From: Haliotis cracherodii
Lineage: Eukaryota
Direction: 5' to 3'
DNA: 64,000 nucleotides
Assembly (NCBI RefSeq): GCF_022045235.1
Contig: NW_027266341.1
Coordinates: 37,014,001 to 37,078,000 of the forward strand
Shown in pieces: positions 12,921 through 26,019 of the stretch. Positions within the stretch are counted from its first letter, which is position 1. Every line of letters starts with the position of its first letter. Below the pieces are notes generated by a model. The model searched no databases and was not told where the DNA came from. It worked only from the letters and a program-made list of their open reading frames with translations. The position numbers and the translations under genes were made by a program.

Positions 12921-14270
12921 TGATGTACGCGACCTACATTTTGTATGCGATCGACATGATGTACGCGACCTACATTTTATACGTGATCAACATGATGTAA
13001 GTGCCCTTAATTTTGTACGTGATCACTAGATGTACGTGATCAACATGATGTACTTGATCAACATGACGTACTTGATCAACATGATGTACTTGATCAACAT
13101 GACGTACTTGATCAACATGATGTACTTGATCAACATGACGTACGTGGCCTACATTTTGTACGTGACCTACATTTTGTACGTGATCGACATGATGGACGTT
13201 ATCAACATTTTGTACGTGATCAATATGATGGACGTGACCTACATGATGTACATGATCAACATGATATATGTGACCTACGTTATGTACGTGACCTACATTT
13301 TGTACGTGATCGGCATAATGGACGTGACCTACATATTGTACGTGATCAGCATGATATATGTGACCTACGTTATGTACGTGACCTACATTTTGTACGTGAT
13401 CGACATAATGGACGTGACCTACATGATGTACGTGACCTACATGATGTACGTGACCTACATGATGTACGTGACCTACATGATGTACGTGATCGACATAATG
13501 GACGTGACCTACATATTGTACATGATCAATATGATATATGTGACCTACGTTATGTACGTGACCTACATTTTGTACGTGATCGACATAATGGACGTGACCT
13601 ACATATTGTACGTGATCAGCATGATATATGTGACCTACGTTATGTACGTGACCTACATTTTGTACGTGATCGACATAATGGACGTGACCTACATATTGTA
13701 CGTGATCAGCATGATATATGTGACCTACGTTATGTACGTGGCCTACATTTTGTACGTGACCTACATTTTGTACGTGATCGACATGATGGACGTTATCAAC
13801 ATTTTGTACGTGATCAATATGATGGACGTGACCTACATGATGTTCGTGATCAACATGATATATGTGACCTACGTTATGTACGTGACCTACATTTTGTACG
13901 TGATCGACATAATGGACGTGACCTACATATTGTACGTGATCAGCATGATATATGTGACCTACGTTATGTACGTGACCTACATTTTGTACGTGATCAACAT
14001 AATGTACGCGACCTAAATTTTGTACGTGATCGACATAATGGACGTGACCTACATATTGTACGTGATCAGCATGATATATGTGACCTACGTTATGTACACG
14101 ACCTACATTTTGTACGTGATCAACATGATGTACGCGACCTACAATGTACATGATGTAGGTGACCTACATGATGTACGTGATCAACGTGATCTACGTGATC
14201 TACATGATGTACGTGACCTACATTTTGTACGTGACCTACATGATGTACGTGATCAACATGATGTATACAC
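12921..14270. repeat. 9/18-bp-based satellite (tgtacgtgatcaacatga / tgtacgtgacctacattt) with higher-order units
   Basis: Seen directly. Source of the spurious His/Val and Tyr/Val ORFs. Confidence 0.95.
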
Positions 14271-14280
14271 AGGAACTCCA

Positions 14281-14396
14281 TGATAGCCTGTAACATATAA
14301 ATTCGTATGGAAAAAAATCACACCCCTCTATATACATATGTATATAGAGGGGTGAGTTTTTTTCTATTCGAATATATGATGCAATATACGCTATCA
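14281..14396. repeat. Imperfect palindrome / hairpin (MITE-like)
   Basis: Perfect core cacccctctatatacat|atgtatatagaggggtg; outer arms pair imperfectly (tgatagc...gctatca). Confidence 0.75.
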
Positions 14397-14764
14397 TCGA
14401 TAGCTTGGTTGTTATTGCCTAGCGTTAAAAGTCCGTAAACTGTCAGTTGGTTTATCCTTGTCATTGAACCTTACTGCAATAGGTTTTATATTTATTTTTT
14501 CTTCATCGTGTGTGTGTATTCACGTCCGCTCTTTGATACCTTTTGACAATTACGAGTCGGATCCTCTGTGAGTGAGGCGTTACTCTAGCATTGGCGGCGT
14601 AATCGTTAGTTATACAGTGACATGGCGTGAGGATTGTGATAACATTCACGCTCTGTAGACTGCAGGAAGTAATATTAATATACACAGGTTACAGATTATT
14701 TCACAAAGCGTACGAATATAATTAATTCGGTGAAACTAATCTACATGTACTTGGACATACATAA

Positions 14765-15250
14765 ACTGAGGGGCAAAAGAAAATATACCCAGCTGTTCCT
14801 AAATTGAAACAACTGTTGTTACATTTGATTAAGCCTCTTAACCATCACTCATTCTTTAACAGTTTGTAACAAGTAACCTGTGGCTGGATAATTTTGTGAA
14901 AAATACATTGGTTACATGACGACTCGGGAAAGAAATGAATTTGCAACTACATGGCCTCTTCCATGTTTGAAAAGCTGTAACTGTGTGCCGATAAAAACAA
15001 TTTTAATTATTTTCAAAGATAAGATGTTTGGGGCATCAGCAGTTGTGTATCGTGCGATCTTTTCTATTTTTTAAAGATTTTACTCAATTAAATCTTTAGA
15101 ACTATAACCTTGTAGAATTGTTGACTATCAGTGCAGTTAATTTTTTGGATAGCAATTCGCTAACTTTAGATAATTGCAATTGAAAATCAAACATATGATA
15201 AAATCAACTGATCGGAGAGGTATAGTTAAACTTTCTTGTGCTCCTCAGTA
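14765..15250. mobile_element. Non-autonomous Tc1/mariner-like MITE
   Basis: TIRs actgaggggcaaaagaaa / tttcttgtgctcctcagt; AT-rich non-coding interior. Confidence 0.6.
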
Positions 15251-16410
15251 CCTTTAACTGGATCATCGGCCATATCTCTCATCTGATAGACAGGTATGCC
15301 ATCCTGATAATATCGTCCTTTTTTATAAACATTTTTCTTTATAATCTCAGTTAGTTGTATAGAGTTGCGCTCCCTAGATGTCCCAGAATCATATTAATGT
15401 GGATTCGAATCCAAGATTCACCCTGCATATGATTCTTCCTTTGTAAACACCATATCCGTGCTCGTTGGTTTCAGCAAAATGGTAAATGACTTCGACCCTA
15501 TCACCTTTGCTGTTCCTCCCACATATGTTGACAGGCCGTGATATAACTGCCATGCTGTTCAAACCTTAATCCAATTCACTTACTTATCTTAATAAATCAG
15601 GAACAGATACTTTGACGCTGAATGTTTTTCAAGTCATAAGACATCAATTTCTTCTCAAATGTGAATGCATCAGAATTGGGAAGCCAGATGTATGCACATA
15701 ATTCAAAAATAGTCACCATTATGTTATTTTTGTATGTAAAAATAACACATAAAGACTATTTCACTCGACAATTAAATTATTTCCTTACAAATGTAAAACC
15801 TTGAAACGTAAATTCTCCCTACCTAACACGCAGGGACGTTTCACTACCCCTTGTAATTGCGACATAAAAAGTAATTCCATGTTTGTAAAATCTTTAAAAA
15901 TCTAAACAAAAATAACAAAAAATGTTTGAGGTCATTAATATTCTTTATTGACATTTGGATATGAGTTTATACATTTAATCAACTTGAACAAAAACTTTTC
16001 TTGAAATCTGCGAGACCACTGTTGGAATCGAATTAACACATGCTGGTCAAGTGACAAAAATTGGCGTTTTACAAAACGAACAGTCTCGATTTACGAATTA
16101 AAAACGAAAAATTTAGAGATTATAACGAAACATTTTCAAGAGAATAACAAAAGGCAAGAAGCGATATTAACCCAATAAATGGCTCTCTGTCACATTGTGC
16201 GTTTTCAGTGTGAAACTGACGTAAAAAGGAAGTCAACAGTTTGTGTACGGGCTGGCACTTACAATAAAGGGAGACAATTTGCGGGGAGGTAGCTTACAAC
16301 TCCTGGGTTAGTAAATTTATTTTCTGTTTTATCATATAGAAATTCATTCCAAACATTTCCAGGTGGTTGCTCAACCTTTTGGACGGTGAAAGCAACACCA
16401 CCCTTAAAGT

Positions 16411-16830
16411 TCATACGATCGTCTCTCCACTCGTTACTTGAGAGAGCAAAGCTCGGAAGAAGCCGACCTCTTTTCTGTAAATCATCACTGACTTCATAAC
16501 AGAGTGTGCACCAGCGTATGGAATACCTAGACCGTGGTTAACTCCACTCAGACGCCAATCTTTACTCATAGAAACATTAAATTCCTGACAAATACGTTCG
16601 AATGCCCACCTATAGTACGGATTATTTGATGCATTCCATGCTCGATCCTGCGGTAATGGGGCACTAATTTCTTTAAGAATACGTCTAATCTGATAGTACA
16701 TGTGAAAGGATAAAACAGACTTATTTAGTTCAAATCCTGGGGCATAAAGAGATACACCACATCCTGTTGTGGCACACCATATGGCAAAGTTTAACTGGTT
16801 CTGTCAAAATTGCATTGGATTGCTCAGGCA
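16411..16830 (-). pseudogene. Fragment of a Polinton/Maverick- or virus-like gene
   Basis: Intronless frame CLSNPMQF*QNQLNFAIWCATTGCGVSLYAPGFELNKSVLSFHMYYQIRRILKEISAPLPQDRAWNASNNPY...ICQEFNV, with one stop where W is expected. Family assignment is from recollection, not from a search. Confidence 0.45.
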
Positions 16831-16949
16831 AAACAATAGTCCCGTCAAAGTGCTATGTTCATTGCAGTGAAGTAGCAAGTATTATGTATACTGCAATGAA
16901 AATATAACCTCAACTGCAGAAAACTTAGTCCTTCACACTGAAGTATATA

Positions 16950-17331
16950 ATAAAAGTATGGCAAACATGCGGACCTCGCTTTCGAAATGTCACGCTTGCA
17001 TCCCAAGTCCGACTCCCCATTGTTCTAGGTGCCTTAGGTTTGGTGCCTCCCAATCTGTTGACTGACATTGTGAGAGTACCCGGGTTTGCTACCAGGAATA
17101 CAGCCCTTCTGATAATCTGGGTAATGCAGAAGGCTGCAGTGTTGGGGCGTCTCCACATCCTCCGAAAAGTTCTGGGTGCGTTTGACTAGGCGCTTCCTGG
17201 GAGAAGTCCCATTCGCTGTCTGGGCTGCGTGTAAAGGGGGCAAGGGCCCTGAGCTGATGATGAGCCTAACCAGCCTGACTGTGCCAGGATCACTCAAACC
17301 CTCTTTGCTACATTTTTTATTTTAATCTGTA

Positions 17332-17375
<44 letters not shown>
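16950..17375 (+). mobile_element. Dong/R4-clade non-LTR retrotransposon 3' end with (TAA)n tail
   Basis: KYGKHADLAFEMSRLH...PIVLGALGLVPPNL...MQKAAVLGRLHILRKVL (end of the RLE domain), then (TAA)n at ~17333-17374. Homologous to 26945-27190 on the minus strand. Confidence 0.8.
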
Positions 17376-17378
<3 letters not shown>

Positions 17379-17528
17379 CAACAACAATAATGACCAGTGG
17401 ATGTCAGTGGTAGAAGCCCGGTGTCCGTCAATAACTTTGTGTAAAATCCCTTCATTAAAAGCAGCAAGGTAGATTCTGCAATATGCAGTAGCGTTGTGTA
17501 TGATTTGATTGTATTGATCAAATAGGAT

Positions 17529-17695
17529 TTAGGGATATGTCGTGGGCAAAGCTGTTGGTTGTTGGTAATATGCACCCGTCTGCACGGGGTATGGCGGTGA
17601 GGGGAATGTCGTCCCTGCATCTCCTGGGTAGTGTGTCGCCGGTGCGGGTTGAGGGGGGCCGACGTAATCGGGGTCGTAGGCTGTATTTGGTGTGC
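17529..17695 (-). CDS. Gene B exon 4a: Pro/Tyr-rich cytoplasmic tail
   Basis: Acceptor ctgtgttatccag|GC, phase 1. Encodes GTPNTAYDPDYVGPPQPAPATHYPGDAGTTFPSPPYPVQTGAYYQQPTALPTTYP*. Confidence 0.85.
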
Positions 17696-18500
17696 CTGGA
17701 TAACACAGATGACCAGTAACCTATTATTCTAAAGTACTCACGGAAATAAATCTCAGATTTTAAATAAATGCAGTTAATATACAAAATATATAAATATTCA
17801 AACAACTCAATTAGTAATAATTGGGCCTTGGCACAAATACAGCGTAAAAGTGTGTAAAAATATGAACAAAAGAGGCTATTGTGAAACTGAGCATAACCAG
17901 GTGAATGTCCATGACCTATGGCACCTTGACGACAGGTGCTTGAAACCCACGTGTCAGTGGTTAGTGATTTGTGAGTGTGATAGTGAATTATCGTCAAAAT
18001 ATCAGAACGTAAAAGTAACATATTCCCTTCTCAAACAACAACTTACATGTCATTATCATTATGTACATAAACATAGCTGTTATTTTTATTGTTGTTTTGA
18101 TAACTTTTTTCCAGGCTAATTTGCACAATGCCAATAGCCTGTTTCTGCCATTTCAATTTGGACTTAGTTTTATTTTTGAATGTTGAAAGTGCCTACAAAT
18201 TACCTCCTGTAAAGTACATTTTGTATTGAGCACTGAGATAGAACTAGCAAATCCAGACTAGTACTTTTCCAGTTGTTTTGTTATTTCGTATTTACATCTA
18301 CGTAATGCTTTGTGTCGATTATTAAATCCAGCAAAACAAGTTTTTTTCATTTTTCAGTACTTTAATTTACAGTAATTTAATTTTCGGAAGCATTATTTAC
18401 CTCAATGAGAGTGAGTCTGGGTCTACGTCACTGTCGGCAGTGTTAGTGCTATATCACGGCAGAGGACACGAAGAATGAACCTCATATACCCATCCATAGC

Positions 18501-18740
18501 GAAGATCCGGGGTAGAATAGGCCTTCACCCACCCATGCTTGCCGTAAAAGGCGACTATGCTTGTCGTAAGAAGCGACTTACGGGGACCGGTGGTCAGGCT
18601 CGCTGACTTGGTTGATGCATGTCATCACATCCCAATTGTGTGGATCGATGCTCATGATATCAATCAGTGGATTGTCTAGTCCAGACTCGATTATTTACAG
18701 GCCGCCGTCATATAGGCGGAATATTGCTGAGTGCGGCGTT
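18501..18740 (+). mobile_element. Nin-domain SINE (family C)
   Basis: acccatgcttgccgtaaaaggcgactatgcttgtcgtaagaagcgact core; tail ggaatattgctgagtgcggcgtt. Confidence 0.85.
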
Positions 18741-19011
18741 ATACATTATACCAAAATCGCTTATACCCACTCTACCACTTAAATCCAGTATACCCATCGT
18801 ATAATTTCTCCCATTGTACCCATTATACGTTTTATACGCATTGTACACATTTAGCCATTGTGCACTCATACCGATTGAGCCCAGGGTACGTATACCTTTT
18901 ATACCCAGTGTACCTTTGTTCCCACTGCATCAACGTGACATTGTTTCCTTATATAGGGATATATGGATATAGATAAGGCACTGCTGTTACCACTGCTGGC
19001 CACCTTCTCAT

Positions 19012-19590
19012 GGTCTACGTGATCTACGTGATCTACATTGAACATGATATACGTGATCTACATTGTACATGATCTACGTGATCTACATTGTACATGATCT
19101 ACGTGATCTACATTGTACATGATCTACGTGATCTACATTGTACATGATCTACATGATTTAAATTGTACATGATCTACGTGATCTACAATGATCTACATTG
19201 TACATGATCTACGTGATCTACATTGTACATGATCTACGTGATCTACATTGTACATGATCTACGTGATCTACATTGTACATGATCTACGTGATCTACGTTG
19301 TACATGAACTAAATTATACATGATCTACATGATGTACGTGATCTTCATTGTACATGATCTACTTGATCTACATTGTACATGATCTACGTGATCTACATTG
19401 TACATGATCTACGTGATCTACATTGTACATGATGTAAATGACCTACGTGATCTACATTGTACATGATCTACGTGATCTGTACTGTACATGATCTATGTGA
19501 AGTACATGATCTAAATTGTACATGATCTTCGTGATCTACATTGTAAATGATCTACATTGTACATTTTCTACATGATCTACATTGTACATG
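19012..19590. repeat. gatctacgtgatctacattgtacat satellite in gene B intron 3
   Basis: ~25-bp unit, seen directly. Confidence 0.95.
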
Positions 19591-19800
19591 GCTGTCTGAT
19601 TTGTTTACAAGCCGCCGTCACATGGCAGGCGTACTGCTGTGCGGCATCAGGAAACAAACAAACACTTACTTATTATGCAAATTGTGTGAGTGACGGGTGC
19701 TATCGATAGGACAGGGCTTGCTTGGAAGTAGTACTGTTTTCACTCACAAGTAGATGTCTTCAAATCTATATTTTGGAAGAACAATGAAGCTAAAACATAC

Positions 19801-19967
19801 CCGCGACTACCACAGACATTGGATAGTTGCTCCCCACCACTTGCCCACGTGGACGACGTGATGCATTGTTGCAGAAACACACACAGCACACGATGCAGGA
19901 GATGTTGAGAAAAAACCCAACCCCAACTGCGATTCCCACTATCGCTTGAGTTGGAAGGTAATTGGTG
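19801..19967 (-). CDS. Gene B exon 3: transmembrane helix plus Cys cluster
   Basis: ccttcctttacag|C ... G|GTATGT, phase 2 in and phase 1 out. Encodes TNYLPTQAIVGIAVGVGFFLNISCIVCCVCFCNNASRRPRGQVVGSNYPMSVVVA. Confidence 0.9.
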
Positions 19968-20680
19968 CTGTAAAGGAAGGAAGTATCTCTGAATGCATTT
20001 TAGTGATGTGACGTTACATCATTTAGTGTATGTTCCTATTTCAAATCTGTTTCTTGTCATAAAAAAAATGTTATCAAATGTACTGAAAAACGTTGAATTA
20101 TTGTTCCATGAAACATGTTGAATTTACGACCGAGAGACGTGGTTTAGAGTTGAGCACGGAGAGATGTTTTCCTTCTTGTTCAGTGAATTATTTGGAAAAT
20201 GAAAAAAAACACAATTTGAAGTATTTTACTCCGCTTTTCATTGAAACACATAGCTGATGAAATACCGTAACACAGTACATACGTTTGGCGTGCGTTATAT
20301 TACCTTACCTCACGGGTTTGGGATATGTTTAACACTTCATTGTATTATAATAGATGGTGAGTGTTGTGAGGGCATTTCTTATGTTGATGAAGTAAATAAC
20401 TACATAATAAAGTTGTTATAAAATAGCCAGGTGTGTGTCACAAAACATAAGGTTGAGATGCTTTGTTAATTAAGTCACAGAAACGTTATCGATTTTACAT
20501 GATGCAAACATGTTTGTTTCCTCAGATGCAAATTGAGAATAGTAGTATTTTGCATGGCGACAGGCAAATCATATTCGTTGTGTATTGGGTTTGGCCACAA
20601 ATATTCAACGAGAACTAGAAATTGCCAAATACATTTACATACATGTAATGTCAATACCAATAGTAAAGGCATTAACTCAC

Positions 20681-20780
20681 TTGGTACAACAGTATTTGTT
20701 GATACCGCTTCCACAGCACCCGTACTCACACAGTGTAGCAAAACCAGAGTTGTCGATGTAGCAGTGTTCGTAGCCATGTG
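20681..20780 (-). CDS. Gene B exon 2: six-Cys ectodomain
   Basis: ttcctttttaag|CA ... AA|GTGAGT, 100 nt. Encodes SHGYEHCYIDNSGFATLCEYGCCGSGINKYCCT. Confidence 0.9.
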
Positions 20781-20986
20781 CTTAAAAAGGAAACGCATCT
20801 ATATAACCCAACTGGTATTAGTTATCTGATATAGGTCAATGTTTGTGATAGGAGTCTGTGATCATTTTCGTTCTGAAAAAAACCCCACCATGTTGGTATA
20901 TCTTGTAGAAGTAACCTTTCGTCAGAGTCTTCAAATGTTATTTTGTATGTTATTGATACTATTATCTTCGTTGGGATCAGGGAGCA

Positions 20987-21226
20987 CGGGTGGTCCAGTC
21001 GTCTAAGGCGTCCATGGGCACGCGAAAAACCTATGGTTGTGGGTTCGAATTCCGGTTCGCCCCAATTATGTTTCTAGGTTTGTCAGCACCATACCCGTGC
21101 TCGTTGGTTTCACCGAAGTGGTAAACGTCTGAGACCTGCCTCACTTCGGGCTTTCCTCCCACATTAATCTGACACGCCGGGATATAACTGGAATACTGTT
21201 AAAAGCAGTGTTAAACCTCACTCACT
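20987..21226 (+). mobile_element. SINE family B copy
   Basis: High similarity to 4374-4652, with an internal deletion in the head. Confidence 0.85.
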
Positions 21227-21585
21227 ACGTCCAGTGATGTGCCCTGTTCTTGAAGGATTTCATTAACTTACAGGCAGTATCGCATTCTTGGGAATAGGCA
21301 ATATATTTGACAAGGATTGCTATCTTTAAATGACAACATATTCACAAACAGTATTTGGATTTTGAGACAAAAGTTACATTTGCAACTAGATATAATTCGG
21401 TTTTTTTATAGTAATTCTTGCATCTTCCATGAATTTGAGAAATGCTCAATTCTGATGGGTCAATTAGAGGTATGAAATCACAATAACCACATCTGATTCA
21501 AACAGAAGATTTGAAGATCGCATCACCATGGAAGATGAAAAGTCATTTTTTTTCAGCCATGGTCTGTAACAATTTTAAATATTTA

Positions 21586-21790
21586 CCAGTGATCTAAGTC
21601 GTCTAAGGCGCCGCGATTCGCTGTGCTTGTTGCGTCACTTGGGCACGCCAGAAACTTATGTTTGTGAGTTCGATTCCCGGTTCGCCCCGATTATGTTTCT
21701 AGGTGTGTCAGCACCATACCCGTGCTCGTGGGTTTCACAGAAGTGGTAAACGTCTGAGACCTGCATCACTTCGGGTTTTTCGTGCCAAAA
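21586..21790 (+). mobile_element. SINE family B copy (3'-truncated; a further fragment at ~21950-22090)
   Basis: gtctaaggcgccgcgattcgctgtg...gattatgtttctagg...cacttcggg. Confidence 0.8.
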
Positions 21791-22876
21791 TTATGAGCCA
21801 AAGTTAGGCTCCTCATGACACAGTTATGGAAGCTCTGTCAAACGTGACAGAGAAATTATAGGGAGGAATAAGTACTTGTGTTGAACCGCTAACTACAAGT
21901 TCTGCATAACCTCTCGCCCCAGTACTCATGTCAGTCTACTTTTGTCATGGCCATACCCGTGCTGGTGGATTTCACCAGGTGGTAAAGGATTTGGACATGC
22001 AGCACTTCCGGCTTTCCTCCCACACCAAACTGACACACCGTCATACAATTTCAGTATTCTATGAAGCATTAAACCATCTCACTCACTAACTCTTGTCAAA
22101 AGAACCAGCTCCATATGTATTGATTAAACCCACATCTTACAAATGTCAAAAGCCAGCATGCAAGAGGAAGACCTGTCTCAGTGAAGAAGAAACAAGTTTG
22201 CATGAAGGAGAAAGTTTGTGAAAATGCCAAGTTGGCATCTGAAGGCGATTATGATGAACATGATTACTCAAGATGAAACTCAACCTGCAGATATGAATAG
22301 TATTGTTATAGCATTACAGATGCTTTGTCTTTTATCTTGGATTGATACCAAGTATCTTCAAGTGTGGGGAAATACATTTGTATTTTTGGAGCTGTAGGTT
22401 GCGCTGGTTAGTTGATTCTATCTTGGCAGCCATCTTTGATTCTAAAATTGCCCAATAGTCATAGGTGGTACCAAGGAAGATAATAGCACCAGTATGATAC
22501 AAAATAACATTTGTCGACTCGGGTGCAAGGTTACTTCCTTGATTCCCACACCATATGTTAACATGGTTCATTATTTTCTGAACAAAAATGAACACAGATC
22601 CCTATCACAAACAATGACCTATATTAAAATACTGATACCACACTTATGTTGAACAACAGGCCCGAAAACTTGCCTGAGACATTAAACTAACAGAATATGA
22701 AGTCAAACCTTCTGAATACCGGGTGTACGACGTTACGAAAATTGAAACTCCTATTGAAATTAAACTTAGCTCTCTGCCTATAATTATGATGTAGCAAGAC
22801 ACACGAGTAAACAAAAGAGTAAAATACATAATATCACATGACACATATTATTATAACTAGGTAAGTATGTACTTAC

Positions 22877-22928
22877 AAACGGCGACCAGTACAAGAATGA
22901 AACACCTAGTTGTAAGAAAACCCATCAT
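22877..22928 (-). CDS. Gene B exon 1: signal peptide (full gene 22928-17529, 161 aa Shisa-like/CYYR1-like protein)
   Basis: MMGFLTTRCFILVLVAV + T|GTAAGT, 52 nt, phase 1. The four exons sum to 486 nt in one open frame. Confidence 0.85.
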
Positions 22929-23492
22929 GCTGGAGCTGGCCGGTGTGAGAACCGGTGTGTACACAGGTACAGGAATTGCGACTTGACTTTAACTTTCCTT
23001 ATTCCCCGATAACATTCATGTTGCCGATAGTAATGACACAAAAAGGTTTATATGACGTGATCAATGCTATCGCCATGTCTACCCACATATGTACATGCTC
23101 TGTATTTTCCTTGTTACATGTTTTGCATCAGCAAGTTAGTAGAACCTAGATTGTCCTCCATTTTAAAATTATCTGGGGCGGCCGTTTAACCTGGTGGTTA
23201 AAGCATTCATTCGTCATGCCATGTTCGATTCACCAATTGAAGACATTGTTTGAAACCCATTCTTGTGTACCCCGCAATCTCCATGTTACGATTTCGTAAA
23301 TTCATTTGTAAACACCTGAAGAAATACTGACATACTAATCAATAAATGCATCACAATATACCAATGTTTTACTGTCGGTACACGTTATACAAGAGACCCG
23401 TCAAAGATTAATATGATTTTAGGCGTTTGGTGAAATTTTCTCCGATCCATTATAACGTTCCATGCAGGCCCGTAGGAACAGGGAGCTAAGAA

Positions 23493-23598
23493 GGGAGGGG
23501 GGAGGGATTGGGGGTGTGGGGGGTGGTGGTGGGGGGAGGGGGTGGGTGTGTGTGTGTGGGGGGGGGGGGGGGGGGGGGGGGCGGGGGGGGGGGGGGGG
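23493..23598. repeat. G-rich / poly-G tract
   Basis: Seen directly. Gives spurious poly-Pro and poly-Gly ORFs. Confidence 0.9.
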
Positions 23599-23947
23599 CT
23601 TGTTGTTCGAGAGGTTAGTATTACATATGAACCATTCTTGCAATGATTGTAACTGAGGTATTTGTAGACATAAAAGGCTCTACTACACAAACTATCCTTA
23701 GCTTACGTTAACCTTAACCACTACGGTTAGAATTGAGCTTATCTTAGTTTTATTCGGTGTGTCAGCTTTATCGCTGAGGTTGCAGTCGTAAGGCTGCATG
23801 ACATCGCAATCTGAAACCACTGTTAAAACACGGCATTTTTTGCCTATTTCTAACACAATTGTGAGTGCCGAAAAATGAACTGTTACGAAACTATCGCTAA
23901 AATTCCACCACATTGTAACCTCCCCTAATTTCTTCATAGCGTGCCTG

Positions 23948-24120
23948 GGGTGGTCTGATAGCCTTGTGGTTAAAGCGTTCGCTCGTCACGCCGAGGACCC
24001 GGGTTCGATTCCCGACATGGGTACAATGTGTGAAGCCCATTTCTGGTGGCCCTCGCCGTGATATTGCTGGAATATTGCTAAAAGCGGCGTAAAACCTCAA
24101 TCACTCACTCAATCACTCAC
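23948..24120 (+). mobile_element. Full-length SINE family A (tRNA-Asp-like head) with target-site duplication
   Basis: A box TAGCCTTGTGG, B box GGTTCGATTCCC, (TCAC)n tail. TSD tcatagc(g/a)tgcctg at 23934-23947 and 24121-24134. Confidence 0.92.
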
Positions 24121-26019
24121 TCATAGCATGCCTGCGCGTTGTTTCAAATCTATGTTTTATAGGTAAATTTAATTAATCCTAGGTACAACCATATAGCTAG
24201 ATAAACAGGTAAGATCAGCTCTGCTTCAACTACCAAAACATGAATCCAATAGCGGAAAGAATCTCAAGACATTCTACACGATCTACCTATCTGTACGTGA
24301 TCAAAATTTTGTGCTCATGTGTCGACAGTTTATACCAATGATCATCTCACATTTAATTGATGGTGTCAATGTTCTTTGTATGTAGAAGGGGTAAACATTT
24401 CTAAAAAACAGGTAGAAATATTTTTAATGTGATATTAGCAGTACACTGACATTAGCACATTGGGTGTTTGAGAAGTGTTGGCTTTTTCAAAATAAGGTAT
24501 GTCGCTTCACAGGAAGTTTTAAAAATACAATAATTCTAAGGTTTTCGCTTAAAGAATTGTTTTCAAGGCCATCGGTAATTAATTTGCTTGTTTTCTCAAT
24601 ACACATGCCTCTGAAAATATGATGAAAGATTAGCGTACTCGGGTTTGTCAAGCCTGATACTGAACACGTTTCGATGCCCCGTCCTTTGGCGACATTGTAG
24701 ACTACAAAAACTCACATACTCATGTGTCTGAAGGTATAATACCTTTCCTCATATATTTGCGAAATGATTCATTACATTAAACAAATGAAGTTATATAATT
24801 TGACATATGGTTTCTTTGACATATTCATTACGTTTGTGTAGAATATATCGTTCTTCGAAAGTCATGCAAATATCAAATTTGTCTGGTCACACACACTATG
24901 AAAATCCTTACTACGAAACTAACCATTGATTAGAAAATGATAATTTTTTTAATCACTATCACACATTAAACTGAAGCTGGAGTATGGCGTCAAAGAATCA
25001 AAAAAGCATAAGACTCACTTAACAACCAACTGTCATACAACAGATATTCGTTATAAATCTTTATTCTTTAGACTAACGTCATAATACAAGGTGATACATC
25101 AGACTAACGTCATAAATCATTATTACGTGGTTTCACCAACGCTATGTCATCATATCCCGTAACGGTGCTTGAACAAAGTTATGATGAATTAACTTATAAT
25201 GAAGCTGTTCATATCTTATTTACATATAAAATGTGTCAATAAGAGGTCTAGAGCATGGATTGTTATTACAAAACAAATGTGGAGTACCATCCCTAAATAT
25301 TTTCAAAATCAAGATGCACCAACTTTATCATACCCCTATACCAACACCATTTCATTCAAATCATTTAACAAAGAAGTCCTTTAAAATCTTCAGCAAAATG
25401 CATTTGAAGGCATATCCAGCAAGTGTGATTGAAAACTGAAAGTTCCTGCTTTTGCTGTACACCAGCTGGATGCATCAGGACTGGTGATCTCTCGAAACTT
25501 TACAATGTTTCCCTTCAACAGTTATTTCAGAGAGACCCCAAATGCCGTGAACAATGCAAATTCAATTGGGACTGTAATTTCAAATTAATCATGAATGTTG
25601 TCAAACGAATATGCCAATAGGTCGGCCGAACGAGAGAACGTACCATCTGAGTGTCTATCAGAAAGGATCAACTCCATTCGGACCATGGTTATGGAATGAT
25701 TCACAAAGAAGGACAAACGACAACAGTTGCCACAAAAATTCGGTCCTTACAAGTGTTCCAGAATTGGATGACAAATTGGCTGACAGCCTGGCGTAACACC
25801 CCGACAACGTGATTCATTGCTCAAAATACCAGTCACAGGATTGTCTGTACAGACTTTATTTCTTTCAGGTCGCGGGTGTAGGCAGGAGTATTGCTGGATG
25901 CGACATCAGGCAACCGGCACTTAAACTGTGCGCGTTGTGGGTTCTACCGGTAGAGCTACCCCTTTAGCGAACACCTGGAAACCATTTCGGCAGACACTCG
26001 AGACTAGTTATACAGTAAG

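Noticed and set aside
12970-14283. His/Val-rich 393 aa and Tyr/Val-rich 328 aa ORFs
   Set aside because: 9/18-bp satellite open on both strands; the same motif occurs with stops elsewhere.
14540-14670. Possible decayed exon 3 partner for exon 4b (LQSVNVITILTPCHCITND...)
   Set aside because: No hydrophobic span long enough for a TM, wrong exit phase, and no DNA similarity to 19801-19967.
22644-22780. Possible extra or decayed exon 2 in gene B intron 1 (...QASFRACCST|ATAAGT)
   Set aside because: Only the final CC is present, the donor lacks GT, and the other four Cys are missing; could be chance.
23385-23690. Poly-Pro / poly-Gly ORFs
   Set aside because: Derived from a G-run and a GT microsatellite.
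23948-24020. tRNA gene (likewise 4374-4475)
   Set aside because: A and B boxes are present, but the sequence continues into SINE body and tail with a TSD and is multicopy; no proper acceptor stem or oligo-T terminator.
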